Source: a virus
DNA: 63,520 nucleotides
Direction: 5' to 3' (one strand)
Virus record (IMG/VR): IMGVR_UViG_3300030613_000001
Span: 1-63,520 of that record
Shown here: one piece after another, positions 63,394 through 63,520 of the stretch
How positions within the stretch are numbered: the first letter of the stretch is position 1
How the letters are laid out: every line of letters begins with the position of its first letter
Program-made: the position numbers and the translations under genes
Notes under the pieces: generated by a model
Told to the model about the DNA's origin: nothing
Seen by the model: the letters and a program-made list of their open reading frames with translations, nothing else
Databases searched by the model: none

Positions 63394-63520
63394 CCTCGAA
63401 ATCGTCGGCGCATTTCGCTTGACACGCCGGATCGGATGGTCTAATCGACCAGTCCAGCGCCTCAAATCCAGAACAGCCGCAGGCTTGCAAAACATCATCT
63501 CCGAAGACCCCCGCCCCCCG
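63394..63520. repeat. Terminal direct repeat, right copy (identical to 1..127)
   Basis: Exact 127-nt match to window start. Confidence 0.95.

Overview
The window is one complete genome of about 63.4 kb. Its first 127 nt are identical to its last 127 nt, so it closes into a circle or is terminally redundant. It looks like a GC-rich temperate tailed dsDNA phage or an excised prophage. All function calls come from motif recognition by eye; no database search was run.

Layout:
- 128-880 (continuing across the junction from about 62912): a large AT-rich non-coding region with nested inverted repeats.
- 881-3799 (+): a short operon that includes a small tyrosine recombinase of about 219 aa.
- 3871-21309 (-): a long leftward block. 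It holds accessory genes (a prepilin-like protein, MazG), a prim-pol/SF3 primase-helicase plus a second helicase-only paralog, an excisionase-like HTH protein, a Gp37/Gp68-family protein, an SLT transglycosylase, an N4/N6 methyltransferase, a C5 cytosine methyltransferase with seven tandem TRD-like modules, many Cys4 micro-proteins and a PEP-CTERM-like secreted protein.
- 21067-23937: divergent Cro-like and CI-like genes, a membrane moron and a full-size integrase.
- 24069-27124 (-): a lysis region with an M15 peptidase.
- 27121-62666 (-): the virion and packaging block. It runs from the terminase subunits through portal, scaffold, capsid, tail and fibre proteins and ejection proteins, ending in a 4130-aa polyvalent protein.

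Findings most worth follow-up:
1. A REP-like 24-nt GTGG-headed palindrome occurs in ten copies, all in the same orientation. Some copies carry compensatory stem changes. Seven copies sit in frame inside five unrelated ORFs.
2. A complete 121-codon ORF with its own Shine-Dalgarno sequence is nested in the +1 frame of the giant gene, and codon periodicity switches to that frame across it.
3. The giant protein combines a 2H phosphoesterase, an N6-methyltransferase, an SNF2-type helicase and an HExxH motif.
4. A 28-bp perfect inverted repeat flanks an AT-rich 98-nt core close to the small recombinase. It could be an inverton or an origin.
5. Two genes are split at G runs (G10 at 12270-12279 and GGG at 16118-16120).

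No rRNA, tRNA, CRISPR array or transposase gene was recognised.
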